Assembly (NCBI GenBank): GCA_044869275.1
Contig: JBIOXB010000181.1
Coordinates: 1-36,068, forward strand
DNA: 36,068 nucleotides
Source of the DNA: a bacterium
Lineage (GTDB): Bacteria > Zhuqueibacterota > Zhuqueibacteria > Zhuqueibacterales > Zhuqueibacteraceae
Reading direction: 5' to 3'
Shown here: positions 1 through 8,600 of the stretch, piece by piece
Layout of the letters: each line of letters begins with the position of its first letter
How positions within the stretch are numbered: position 1 is the stretch's first letter
The notes under the pieces: generated by a model
Told to the model about the DNA's origin: nothing
The model's input: the letters and a program-made list of their open reading frames with translations, nothing else
Database searches by the model: none
Made by a program: the position numbers and the translations under genes

Positions 1-39
1 CAAAACGGCATAGGCTCAAATCAAGATAGTAGGTTTTCA

Positions 40-651
40 CTACATGGCGTTTCGCACCAAAAATGGTGATAGCTCTATTATCTCCGTACGAAACCTAGGC
101 AAAAAAAAATGACGTGTCGAACTCGGGCTAGCAGTGTTTGTTTTTACAATGTCGCGAATCTCGCGCAAGAGCTGATCTTGCCCGCCCATTCTTTCCGAAA
201 TGCGCAACACGACCTGATTGACGTGCTCTTGATCTTTGCTTAATTCGGCATAGAGTGTATCCACAAAGCGATCAACCATCTGGGCCGCATCGCGAGCTGG
301 TAATACTATCTGAAATACAGGCTCAAGCATCGAACGTTGTGGCACCTGGCCTTTTTCGAGCGCATCAAGTGCTTGAATTATGGCTGGCGCTGTGAGCACC
401 GCGCAGAGAAATCTCTGTTTTAGAATTTCATTGTCAGGAGCCACCCCGGACAAGGCGGCCCGGAAGGCTTTTTCTACGGGTGGGGTGAAAAATTCTTTCA
501 GAAACTGACTTTCAGCGGCTTTGTCTTGAACAAATTTCTCAAGCAGAGCATCTGCCGCCTTTTTCGGTAATCCTGTGACGTATTCGATCAAACCAGCAGA
601 TTCAGCAATTTTGTAAATAGAGGTGAGAACGAAAACCAGCGCGATGTCCAT
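40..651 (-). CDS. Hypothetical protein (203 aa), predicted helical; AT-richer than neighbours
   Basis: Open frame with ATG downstream of carA on the same strand; no motif recognised. Confidence 0.6.
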   Translation of the reverse strand: MDIALVFVLTSIYKIAESAGLIEYVTGLPKKAADALLEKFVQDKAAESQFLKEFFTPPVEKAFRAALSGVAPDNEILKQRFLCAVLTAPAIIQALDALEKGQVPQRSMLEPVFQIVLPARDAAQMVDRFVDTLYAELSKDQEHVNQVVLRISERMGGQDQLLREIRDIVKTNTASPSSTRHFFLPRFRTEIIELSPFLVRNAM

Positions 652-778
652 AATCTATTTCCCCGGAAGAATCCTTCTGATTAAATCCTCAAGTATCCAC
701 TCAACGCATCAAACATGTTACACTTTACACCGTATACGTTTAACGTGTCCAAGTACTTCACGAATCTTGCTTGCACAC

Positions 779-1834
779 TCACAACCTCCCCACAAACTCC
801 TCAAACAAAAACCCCGTATCCACCGGCCCGGGCGAGGCTTCGGGATGGAATTGCACACCGAAGAAGGGCTTGCTGCGATGCCGCACGCCTTCATTGGTGC
901 CGTCGTTGGCGTTGAAGAACCACGGCTCCCAATCTTGCGGCAGGGTGTTTTCATCCACGGCATAGCCATGGTTTTGTGAAGTGATGAAACAGCGCTTGCT
1001 GCCCACCAGCACGCAGGGCTGGTTTTGGCTGCGATGTCCGTACTTGAGCTTGAAGGTATCTGCCCCGGCGGCGAGCGCGAGGATTTGGCTGCCCAAACAA
1101 ATTCCAAACACCGGCTTTTCTTGTTCGAAAAGCTTTCGCACGGTATGAATGGTGGCTTCGCAAATCTTGGGATCACCCGGACCGTTGGAGATCAAAACGC
1201 CATCGCAACTCTCTCTTTCCACCGGCCAGTTCCAGGGCACGGCAGTGACAGTCACCCCGCGCGCGAGCAAAGAACGAATGATGTTGTTCTTGCAGCCGCA
1301 ATCGATCACCACCACGTGCTTTTTGCCGTGGCCGTAAGTTCTGGGATGCTCGAGGCTCACCTGCGCCACGAGATTGTCGCGATTGGGATCGTGGAATTCT
1401 TTCGGTTCTACTTCGTAAACCACCTTGCCCAGCATGCTGCCATGCGTGCGCAATTTTTGCGTGAGCATGCGGGTGTCCAATCCTGTCATTGCCGGCACGC
1501 CATTGGCTTTTAGCCAGGCGTCGAGAGAAGTATGCGCATTCCAGTGGCTGTATTCGGTTGAGTACTCCGAGACTATCAATCCCGCCAGATGAATGCGGCT
1601 GGATTCAAAAACGGAGTCGAGGCCGTTGCTTTCCTGTGCCGCGGGCACGCCATAGTTGCCGATCAGCGGATAGGTCAAAACCAGGATTTGGCCTTTGTAA
1701 GAAGGATCGGTGAAGCATTCGGGATAGCCCACCATGCCGGTGTTGAATACCACTTCACCAACGGCCGAAGCCGGATGTCCGAATGCCGTACCGGTGAAAA
1801 CAGAGCCATCTTCGAGAATGAGTTTTGCGTGCAT
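779..1834 (-). CDS. carA: Carbamoyl-phosphate synthase small (glutaminase) subunit
   Basis: GEVVFNTGMVGYPE, YPLIGNYG, SNGPGDP, catalytic GICLG, TSQNHGY, QFHPE. Confidence 0.97.
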   Translation of the reverse strand: MHAKLILEDGSVFTGTAFGHPASAVGEVVFNTGMVGYPECFTDPSYKGQILVLTYPLIGNYGVPAAQESNGLDSVFESSRIHLAGLIVSEYSTEYSHWNAHTSLDAWLKANGVPAMTGLDTRMLTQKLRTHGSMLGKVVYEVEPKEFHDPNRDNLVAQVSLEHPRTYGHGKKHVVVIDCGCKNNIIRSLLARGVTVTAVPWNWPVERESCDGVLISNGPGDPKICEATIHTVRKLFEQEKPVFGICLGSQILALAAGADTFKLKYGHRSQNQPCVLVGSKRCFITSQNHGYAVDENTLPQDWEPWFFNANDGTNEGVRHRSKPFFGVQFHPEASPGPVDTGFLFEEFVGRL

Positions 1835-1862
1835 GGGGTTTCTTTCTGAAACGGTTTAGTAT

Positions 1863-2002
1863 GAATGGATTGCTGGATCATTGGATCGTTGGGTTGTTGG
1901 GTTGTTGGATTGTTGGATTGTTGGATCGTTGGATCGTTGGATCGTTGGATTGGCGTCTAGCTATCCTTGAATCCACCAATCCATCCATCCAGGAATCCAA
2001 CC
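1863..2002. repeat. 8-bp periodic inverted-repeat hairpin element
   Basis: 11 tandem units of consensus (T/C)GTTGGAT at 1863-1950; complementary ATCCnnnn units at 1963, 1971, 1979, 1987, 1995. Confidence 0.9.
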
Positions 2003-2034
2003 GAACCCACGCATTGTCTTTGCAGCTGGTGAAT

Positions 2035-2193
2035 TCAAAACAGCGTGTAAATAAAGGGCGCCAATGCCGAGCCTTGTGTGAGCACGATGAGCAGACTCAA
2101 CAGCAGAATGACGAAAATGAAAGGCGCCAACCACCACTTTTTGCGCTCACGCATGAATTCCCAAAATTCCGCAACAATGGAAAGTTTGCTCAT
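2035..2193 (-). CDS. DUF5989 / SxtK-like small membrane protein (52 aa)
   Basis: EFWEFMRERKKWWLAP...GSALAPFIYTLF signature; GGAGG RBS upstream of ATG at 2193. Confidence 0.88.
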   Translation of the reverse strand: MSKLSIVAEFWEFMRERKKWWLAPFIFVILLLSLLIVLTQGSALAPFIYTLF

Positions 2194-2206
2194 GTCACCT
2201 CCGGTT

Positions 2207-2297
2207 GCATGGATGGATTTCTGGATCATTGGAGTTCCGGAGCCATGGACGGTTTGAAGTTCCATCGAACCAATAGTTCTCCCGTCCAACACTCCCA
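2207..2297. repeat. Degenerate 8-bp periodic inverted-repeat element
   Basis: GGA(T/G/C) at 2215, 2223, 2231, 2239, 2247; TCC-like triplets at 2261, 2269, 2277, 2285, 2293. Confidence 0.7.
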
Positions 2298-3137
2298 TCA
2301 TGATGGGTGCACAGCCAGTAAGTAGAAATACACCAGGGGCGCGACCAGCATCTCACTGTCGAAGCGATCGAGCATGCCGCCGTGGCCGGGAAGCAAGCCG
2401 GAAGAATCTTTTACGCCGGCGTCGCGTTTGAACAGCGATTCCACGAGATCGCTCATTTGCCCCACCGTACCGGCGAGGACGCCGATGGCGACGGCGTCGC
2501 GCAGCCCCAGCCCTTTGACAAAAACGTGATAGCAGCCCACCGCTGCGAGCACGGCGAAAATCAAGCCGCCGGCCGCGCCTTCGATGGTCTTCTTTGGACT
2601 GACGCGAGGGAAGAGTTTGTGCTTGCCGAAGTACATTCCGGTAAAATAAGCCGCGGTGTCGCAGATCCAGATGGTAATGAACAACATCACGATCCAGGTG
2701 CCGGCATGCTCATAGTTGCTGCCGTGCAGGCGCGGCATTTCCCGGAGCATGAGTAAAAAGCTCAGCAAGCCGGCAACGTAAATGACGCCCATGAGTGTGA
2801 AGGCGACATTGATGATTGGCCCGGATCCTGTTTGCGGTTTGCGAAACAATTCGAAGGCAGCCAAAAACATGAGCGCGGCGATGGACAGCAGCCACAATCC
2901 TTCTCCCATGAGAAAGTATGCCATCGGAACTACTGTGGCACCAGCCAGCAGGCCGACCGGATAATTCGGCCGGATTTGTTTGTTTTGCGCAAACCGAAAA
3001 AACTCGAGAAGGCCGATCACCGTGATGGTTTCAATGAGCAACATGTAGCCCAGCCCGCCGGTCCAGCCCAGGTAGATGATCAATGGCGCGAAAACAGCCG
3101 CCACAGCGACACGCTGGCCTAGGTTTTTCCAGTCCAA
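2298..3137 (-). CDS. cdsA: Phosphatidate cytidylyltransferase
   Basis: Multi-TM; DTAAYFTG, SPKKTIEG, DLVESLFKRDAGVKDS, PGHGGMLDRFDS; TTG start with GAGGAG RBS. Confidence 0.96.
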   Translation of the reverse strand: MDWKNLGQRVAVAAVFAPLIIYLGWTGGLGYMLLIETITVIGLLEFFRFAQNKQIRPNYPVGLLAGATVVPMAYFLMGEGLWLLSIAALMFLAAFELFRKPQTGSGPIINVAFTLMGVIYVAGLLSFLLMLREMPRLHGSNYEHAGTWIVMLFITIWICDTAAYFTGMYFGKHKLFPRVSPKKTIEGAAGGLIFAVLAAVGCYHVFVKGLGLRDAVAIGVLAGTVGQMSDLVESLFKRDAGVKDSSGLLPGHGGMLDRFDSEMLVAPLVYFYLLAVHPS

Positions 3138-3171
3138 TCTCTCCTCCTCACTCTGCGACCAACAACAAGGG

Positions 3172-3260
3172 TCGTGGTTCGTAGAGGGTAGATCGTGAAT
3201 CGTGAAAGCACGAATGAGAGCAAACTCTCACCGCCACCATCAACGATCTACTATCTACGC
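3172..3260. repeat. 7-bp periodic inverted-repeat hairpin element
   Basis: TCGTGGT TCGTAGA GGGTAGA TCGTGAA TCGTGAA (3172-3206); core TGAGAG-caaa-CTCTCA (3215-3230); TCAACGA TCTACTA TCTACGC (3240-3260). Confidence 0.75.
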
Positions 3261-4184
3261 TCAAAGATTTGTGTTTCCCAGCATCTTGCCTCGCAATTCC
3301 TCAATGCTCGCCAGTTTCTTCAAGGCGAGATAGTTTTCTAACCCCTCGGCAACGCGCACGGCAGTGCGAGGATCAACAAAATTACTCGTTCCGATTTGCA
3401 CGGCATGCGCGCCTACAAGGAAAAACTCCACCGCGTCTTGCCAGTTTCGGATACCGCCGATGCCAACGACGGGAATGCTCACGGCATTGACCGTTTCATA
3501 AACTTTGGCCAGGGCCACGGGTTTGATCGCCGGGCCGGAATATCCTCCCACGATCGTATTGAGGCGTGGTTTCCACGTGGCAATATCGACTGCCATGCCG
3601 GTCAGCGTATTGATCAATGTCACCGCATCCGCGCCGGCGTCTTCCGCCGCACGCGCGATGTCACTCACGCACGTAACGTTAGGTGTGAGTTTGGGCAGCA
3701 ACAATCTCCGCGTCAATTTGCGCATGCGCGCCGTGGCCATGGCCGTGACCTCCGCTTTCTGGCTGAATTCCAACCCGCCCTCTTTCACGTTCGGGCAGGA
3801 AAAATTCAGTTCGTAGCCGGCGATGCCATCGTGCTCTTCCAGTATCCGCACGACTTCTTCAAACTCTTCGATGGTACGGCCGGCAACGTTGACGATGATG
3901 GGGAGGGCACACGTGCGCAAGAACGGCAGTTTTTCCTGCACGAAGACCTCCACGCCGACGTTTTGCAGACCGATGGAATTGAGCATGCCCGCGGGAGTTT
4001 CAAAAATACGCGGAGAGGGATTGCCCAGTCGCGGTGTGGCGCCGATGGATTTGGTCACGATCGCCCCGAGGCGTTCGAGCTTCACCAAATCCGACGCTTC
4101 CTGGCCATATCCAAACGTGCCCGAAGCCACAAACACGGGCGTGGAAAAATCAACCGAACCGATCTTAATATGCAAAGGATTCAT
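3261..4184 (-). CDS. pyrD: Dihydroorotate dehydrogenase family 1B, catalytic subunit
   Basis: ASGTFGYG, TKS, NSIGLQN, ELNFSCPNV, KLTPN, INTL, GGYSG, GIGGI; start placed at MNPLH (4184). Confidence 0.95.
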   Translation of the reverse strand: MNPLHIKIGSVDFSTPVFVASGTFGYGQEASDLVKLERLGAIVTKSIGATPRLGNPSPRIFETPAGMLNSIGLQNVGVEVFVQEKLPFLRTCALPIIVNVAGRTIEEFEEVVRILEEHDGIAGYELNFSCPNVKEGGLEFSQKAEVTAMATARMRKLTRRLLLPKLTPNVTCVSDIARAAEDAGADAVTLINTLTGMAVDIATWKPRLNTIVGGYSGPAIKPVALAKVYETVNAVSIPVVGIGGIRNWQDAVEFFLVGAHAVQIGTSNFVDPRTAVRVAEGLENYLALKKLASIEELRGKMLGNTNL

Positions 4185-5019
4185 AGCGAATTTCATCGGC
4201 TGGAAAGACCGGGCCATCCAGGCAGGCGAGCCAGTAACGCCCGAATTCTGCCGCGCCGCGGGCAGGTTCGACCGGACAACCCATGCAAATGCCAAAGCCG
4301 CAACCCATCACGGTTTCGACGGCGACTTGCGCAGGCACATTGGCTGCACGGCAAATCGCGGCGACACGCTGCAGCATCGGCATCGGGCCGCACGCAAAAA
4401 CTTGCGCGCGTGTTCTATTTGATGAGCTGCGAGAATATTCTCGCAAGCGCTCTTCCAAAACTTCCGTCACCAAGCCGTGGCGGCCGGCACTGCCGTCATC
4501 GGTGGCCGGGTAAATTTCGGCGCTCAAACGCTGCAGTTCTTCTGCTCCCCACAAATCTGCCGCCGTACGCGCGCCGAGCAGCACTTCACATGAAATACCG
4601 CGAGCCTGCAGCGTCTCGGCTAAAATCGGCAGCGGTGCGACGCCGAGGCCGCCGCCCACCAAAATCGCCTCGGCATTTTCTTCGGGAAGCCGGAATCCTC
4701 TGCCCAGAGGTCCGATCAAACTCAATACCGTGCCTGCGCGATGGCTCGCCAACAGACGCGTGCCCGGGCCGATCGCTTTCCACAAAATGGAAATCCATCC
4801 GGCATGGCGGTCAGCCTGGCAAACGCTGAACGGGCGGCGCAAGAGTGGAGAAATTTGATCGGAGCCCGGCGCGTGCACATTCACATTCACGAATTGGCCG
4901 GGCCGAACCAGGGCGGCGATTTCCGGCGCATGCAGCCGCATTAAAAAAATGCCCCGCGCCGCCTCCACACGGGAAAGCACGGGGCAATCATGAATTCCTT
5001 TTGAGGAGTTCTCAATCAT
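4165..5019 (-). CDS. pyrK: Dihydroorotate dehydrogenase electron-transfer subunit
   Basis: RPGQFV, RRPFS, GPLGRGF, GGGLGVAPL, CGP, 2Fe-2S motif MGCGFGICMGC...CLDGPVF; ATGA overlap with upstream TPR gene. Confidence 0.95.
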   Translation of the reverse strand: MIENSSKGIHDCPVLSRVEAARGIFLMRLHAPEIAALVRPGQFVNVNVHAPGSDQISPLLRRPFSVCQADRHAGWISILWKAIGPGTRLLASHRAGTVLSLIGPLGRGFRLPEENAEAILVGGGLGVAPLPILAETLQARGISCEVLLGARTAADLWGAEELQRLSAEIYPATDDGSAGRHGLVTEVLEERLREYSRSSSNRTRAQVFACGPMPMLQRVAAICRAANVPAQVAVETVMGCGFGICMGCPVEPARGAAEFGRYWLACLDGPVFPADEIRYESFAY

Positions 5020-7076
5020 CCGGCTGAATGTCTGGGATCAGGCGGGGGCTCCACCTCTTTTTCGCTTGCGGGCTCTTCTTCTGGCAGCTCTTCTTGCACG
5101 GGAGCCGGCTTGGGCGGCGCATCCACTTCCTCTTTGCGATCGGCCTCGATGCGCTTGCGCAGATTCTCGTCGGGCGGCCGTTCGTCGATCAAGCCCTCGC
5201 CCACGACAGCATGCGCTTGGGAGTCCGCGGGAGCCGCCGTTGTCGCGGGTGGGGCAGCGGCTTGCACTGCGGCCTTGAGCTGTTGATCGTAGGCCGAGAC
5301 TTTGCGGCGCACTTTTTGTGAGTAGGGCGAGCTGGGAAATTTTTCCACTAATTGCTTGTAGGTCTCATACGCTAATTTCTGCTCCGCCAGCTCGTTCTCA
5401 TAAAGCCAGCCGATGGCATAAAGGGATTTGGACTGCAAATCGGCGTTCGGCTGGCCGCTGATGAATTCGTTGTACAAGCGAATCGCCTTGTGCGGGTCTT
5501 TTTCCGCGAGCCACGCCCTTTCCGCTTGTAGAAACTGGCTGGTCACCATCTCTCCTTGATTTGCCGACGGTGCCATGCCCAAGCGGTGCCGTGCGGTGCT
5601 GCCCTGCGGGGTGCTGGCATATTGCGTCGCGAGAATGTGCAGCAGGCTATCGCGCGCGCCCGTGGCCGGCGGATCGGCCGCTTCGAACGACAACGCCAGC
5701 GCATACAGGGCGCGCGGCGCGGCCGGGGTTTCCGGGAATGCGGTGATCACTTCTTGATAAATGAGCCGGGCCGAGTCGGGCAATTGCAGTTGATGCTCGA
5801 ACACGTCCGCCAAGTTGAGTTTTTGATTGGCCAGATCGGAGCTCAGCTTTTGCGGGTCATTCGAAAGCGCGAGCTGCTGGGAGGGATAGCGCCGGATCGA
5901 GGTGTTGCGATTCTTGGAATTCTTGCCGCCGGCAGCTTCGTGATTTTTCTCCGCAAGGCCATTGGCTTGCTTGCCGCCTTGTGCCGAGTTGCGTTGCAGC
6001 TCCAGCAGTTTGATGGAGCTTTGCAATTTGAGAAAATCGTCGATGGACTTCGCGCGTTCCTGCGCGGCGAGCGCATATTCCGAGCGCGCGTTCTCGGTGC
6101 GCACTTTGTCGTAATTTTCCTTGGCTTTGACGTAGTCGTGATGAGTGGTTTGAAAAATGTTCCCCAGCTCATAAAAGGCCGCCGCTGAAGCCTCGGTGCG
6201 CTTGTAGTTCGTGTTGATCGCGGCAAAAGCTGCCGTGGCCTCTTCGACTTTTCCGCGCAGCAGCGTGAGGTCCGCGAGCTCGAATTTCACCCAGGAAATG
6301 TCCGGGTGCGTGCTGTATTCTCCCAGCATGCCATTCAACTTGCGCGCCGCCGCGTCGAAACGCTGGTCGGCTTTTAGCGCGCGCGTATATGCCAGATTGG
6401 CTTTGAATTTGAAGTCGATCTCGCTCGCGTCTTTCGCCGCCTGCGCATAGGCTTTGGACGCGGCATTGAATTCTTTGAGTTGATAACGGCATTCGCCCAG
6501 CCGCATAAAAGCTTCCGCTCGCATCTTTTCCTCCCCGATGCGCTTGGCGGATTGCCCGTAGAGCTCGGCCGCTTTCGCATACTGTTCCTGGCGGAAATAG
6601 ATCTCGCCGAGATAGTACTGTGCGAGATCATAGATCTCGCCTTTTTTCCGCTGATTTTGCAGATTCAGCAGCACTTCCTCGGCGCTTTTGAAATCTTCGC
6701 GCGCAATATGCGTTCGCCCTTTCCAAAGCTGCGCGCGCGGCACGTGGCCGCTCTTGGGAAAAATCGCGGTGAGCTCGTCGAACTTGCGCAGCGCTTTGGG
6801 ATATTCCTGCTTGTAATAAAAGCATTCGCCCAACATCAAGAGGGCGTCATCGACATACTTCGAATTGGGGTGGAGCTGCAGCAGCCGTGAAGCTTTTTCG
6901 ATGGTCTTGTCGAGTTTTTGAATCTCCGTGGTTGAAGGCTTGTCCTCTTTGCGGCGAGCATGCTCTTCCACCGCTTCTTTGTAAGCCCGCTTGGTGTTGA
7001 AGAAGGTGTTGTAGTAGGCGCAGCCGGGCAACAATGCCACTGCAACTAATGCGGCGGTTAAGAGACGCAACTTCAT
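5016..7076 (-). CDS. TPR-rich lipoprotein (686 aa), possibly SprE/PorW- or BamD-like
   Basis: Lipobox LLPGC followed by YYNTFFN; many TPR/YfiO-like helices (YVDDALLMLGECFY, APRALYAL); acidic Pro-rich tail. Confidence 0.85.
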   Translation of the reverse strand: MKLRLLTAALVAVALLPGCAYYNTFFNTKRAYKEAVEEHARRKEDKPSTTEIQKLDKTIEKASRLLQLHPNSKYVDDALLMLGECFYYKQEYPKALRKFDELTAIFPKSGHVPRAQLWKGRTHIAREDFKSAEEVLLNLQNQRKKGEIYDLAQYYLGEIYFRQEQYAKAAELYGQSAKRIGEEKMRAEAFMRLGECRYQLKEFNAASKAYAQAAKDASEIDFKFKANLAYTRALKADQRFDAAARKLNGMLGEYSTHPDISWVKFELADLTLLRGKVEEATAAFAAINTNYKRTEASAAAFYELGNIFQTTHHDYVKAKENYDKVRTENARSEYALAAQERAKSIDDFLKLQSSIKLLELQRNSAQGGKQANGLAEKNHEAAGGKNSKNRNTSIRRYPSQQLALSNDPQKLSSDLANQKLNLADVFEHQLQLPDSARLIYQEVITAFPETPAAPRALYALALSFEAADPPATGARDSLLHILATQYASTPQGSTARHRLGMAPSANQGEMVTSQFLQAERAWLAEKDPHKAIRLYNEFISGQPNADLQSKSLYAIGWLYENELAEQKLAYETYKQLVEKFPSSPYSQKVRRKVSAYDQQLKAAVQAAAPPATTAAPADSQAHAVVGEGLIDERPPDENLRKRIEADRKEEVDAPPKPAPVQEELPEEEPASEKEVEPPPDPRHSAG

Positions 7077-7264
7077 TTTGTACCTTTTGCAGAATCGCCC
7101 GCGCCGGCAAGCAGCACGGCAATATGTGGCTTTTTGTTCAGCAAATTGGGAGCGCGTATGGAAAAGTGACAGTAAAAACTCAGTTTGTAGATGGCTTTCA
7201 GCCTTTCTTCAACACGCTCCAACCATTGCCGGTTCCCGGCAGAGTTCCCCCTGCAAGCTGCGCG

Positions 7265-7789
7265 CTACGCTCGCACAGCCATTCTTTCCCGTAACAGAAA
7301 TGCTGCGACTCCGACCATGAATCCGGAAACGAGAGCGGGCCATAACAGCAGAGGGAGAAGATACAAAATTTCAAGGCGTTGCACAATGAGTATTCCGGCG
7401 AGAGTGATCTGAGCGAGAACGTGGGCCAAGGCGCCGAGCAGGCTAATGCCGACGATGCTGAACCAGCGCGTTGCGTAGCGATGCGCTAGCGTCATCGCGC
7501 CGCAGGAGAGCATGCCGCCACTGAGAGAGAGCCAGAATCCGGGGCTGAAAAACGATCCCAAAATGAAACTGCCAACGCAGACACGAATGAGCGTGACCAC
7601 CCACGCGCTTTGGGCACCGAGCGAATACAGCGCCAGCAGCGTGGCAATGTTCGCCAGCCCCGGTTTGGCCCAAGGCAGCGGCCGCGGCAAGGCGGATTCA
7701 AATAGATACATCACCAAACCGAAGGCTGCGAAGAGCGCGGTGCGCGCGAGTTTTTGAAATTGATCTTCGCGAGGCATGAGAGCCATCAT
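7265..7789 (-). CDS. Gx transporter family (heptaprenyl-PP synthase component I-like, EetB-like) membrane protein
   Basis: FESALPRPLPWAKPGLANI, SLSGG, SIVGISLLGALAH; start trimmed to 7789. Confidence 0.85.
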   Translation of the reverse strand: MMALMPREDQFQKLARTALFAAFGLVMYLFESALPRPLPWAKPGLANIATLLALYSLGAQSAWVVTLIRVCVGSFILGSFFSPGFWLSLSGGMLSCGAMTLAHRYATRWFSIVGISLLGALAHVLAQITLAGILIVQRLEILYLLPLLLWPALVSGFMVGVAAFLLRERMAVRA

Positions 7790-7800
7790 GCGCGTCTTAT

Positions 7801-8205
7801 TCAGAAAGTGACGGCGTCCAAATTCGTCTGCTCTTGTCCGGTCAGGATGACCAACAGATGATTCGGCACGCACACCAGCATTTGCCGCGGGTGAGAAATC
7901 GCGCCTTGCTTGAGGCAATATTGATTCGGGCACGAGCTCCCGCTCACGCGAATGCCGCCGTCCGCAATCGCGAGCGTGACCTTCCCCAAAATTCCGTCGA
8001 GGCTCACGGTGCGTGGTTGTTTCAAATCTACCTCGGAGACCAGCCGATTGCGCACGAATATTTGCGCCCGTTGCGCGGTTTGTTGGTTCTGTGGCAATAG
8101 CTTTTCAAGCCAGAAACTGCCGCCCGCAAGAGCGAGGAAAATGGCAGCGATAAAAAAATCGCCGAAGCGAGATTGTCGCCAGAGTCGTCGCGTGATCGAA
8201 GTCAT
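7801..8205 (-). CDS. NusG domain II (DUF1312, EetA-like) membrane-anchored protein
   Basis: N-terminal TM after GD; SSCPNQYCLKQGAIS...LVCVPNHL; C-terminal LDAVTF. Confidence 0.88.
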   Translation of the reverse strand: MTSITRRLWRQSRFGDFFIAAIFLALAGGSFWLEKLLPQNQQTAQRAQIFVRNRLVSEVDLKQPRTVSLDGILGKVTLAIADGGIRVSGSSCPNQYCLKQGAISHPRQMLVCVPNHLLVILTGQEQTNLDAVTF

Positions 8206-8209
8206 AAAA

Positions 8210-8269
8210 TTAAACCGCCGAGACGCTGAGTTCACAGAGAACATCAAGTTGTCGAACAGCTTCGTCCAT
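8210..8269 (-). CDS. Possible 19-aa leader ORF (MDEAVRQLDVLCELSVSAV)
   Basis: AAGGAG RBS directly upstream of ATG; TAA ends 4 nt before the NusG-II start; overlaps the repeat arm. Confidence 0.25.
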   Translation of the reverse strand: MDEAVRQLDVLCELSVSAV

Positions 8270-8334
8270 GCTCCTTAATGAGATCAGCGTAATCTAAACT
8301 CTTTCAATCTCTGCGTTCTCGGCGACTCTGCGGT
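8214..8334. repeat. 9-bp periodic inverted-repeat hairpin (CGCAGAGAA family)
   Basis: Arms 8214-8240 and 8308-8334 are reverse complements at 21 of 27 positions. Confidence 0.8.
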
Positions 8335-8600
8335 AAGGGAGCGATTTTTAGACCCAACTGATCTGGCTAGGTTAAGCGGTAGACTTGCACAATGAGAATG
8401 CGAAAATGGCGAATTGGCGAGAGGCATATCGTACTGGGCGCGGAAAGCCTACGATGCGAGCAGGCTAAAATCGATGGCCCTTGCTAAGCTTCAATACAAA
8501 GCCTTGGAACGTGGATCGCGTGAAGGCAACGAATGGAAAATGGTCTTCTCCTCGGGGGTCCCCCGGCCGAATCCGTGTAATCCGGGGACAAAAAGCATTC

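Noticed and set aside
101..109. 9-nt A/T homopolymer near the 3' end of the orphan gene as a frameshift or phase-variation site
   Set aside because: Both shifted frames hit stop codons within a few codons, so slippage would not extend the protein
1863..2002. Possible CRISPR array
   Set aside because: Units are contiguous 8-mers with no unique spacers, and no cas genes are present
1825..2325. 166-aa plus-strand ORF with WIVGLL repeats
   Set aside because: Translation of the 8-mer repeat, antisense to the DUF5989 gene
3396..4829. 477-aa plus-strand ORF
   Set aside because: Antisense shadow of pyrD/pyrK in GC-rich DNA; no motifs
8340..8600. 260-bp intergenic region as a riboswitch or ncRNA
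   Set aside because: No recognisable conserved RNA motif by eye; an Infernal/Rfam scan would be needed
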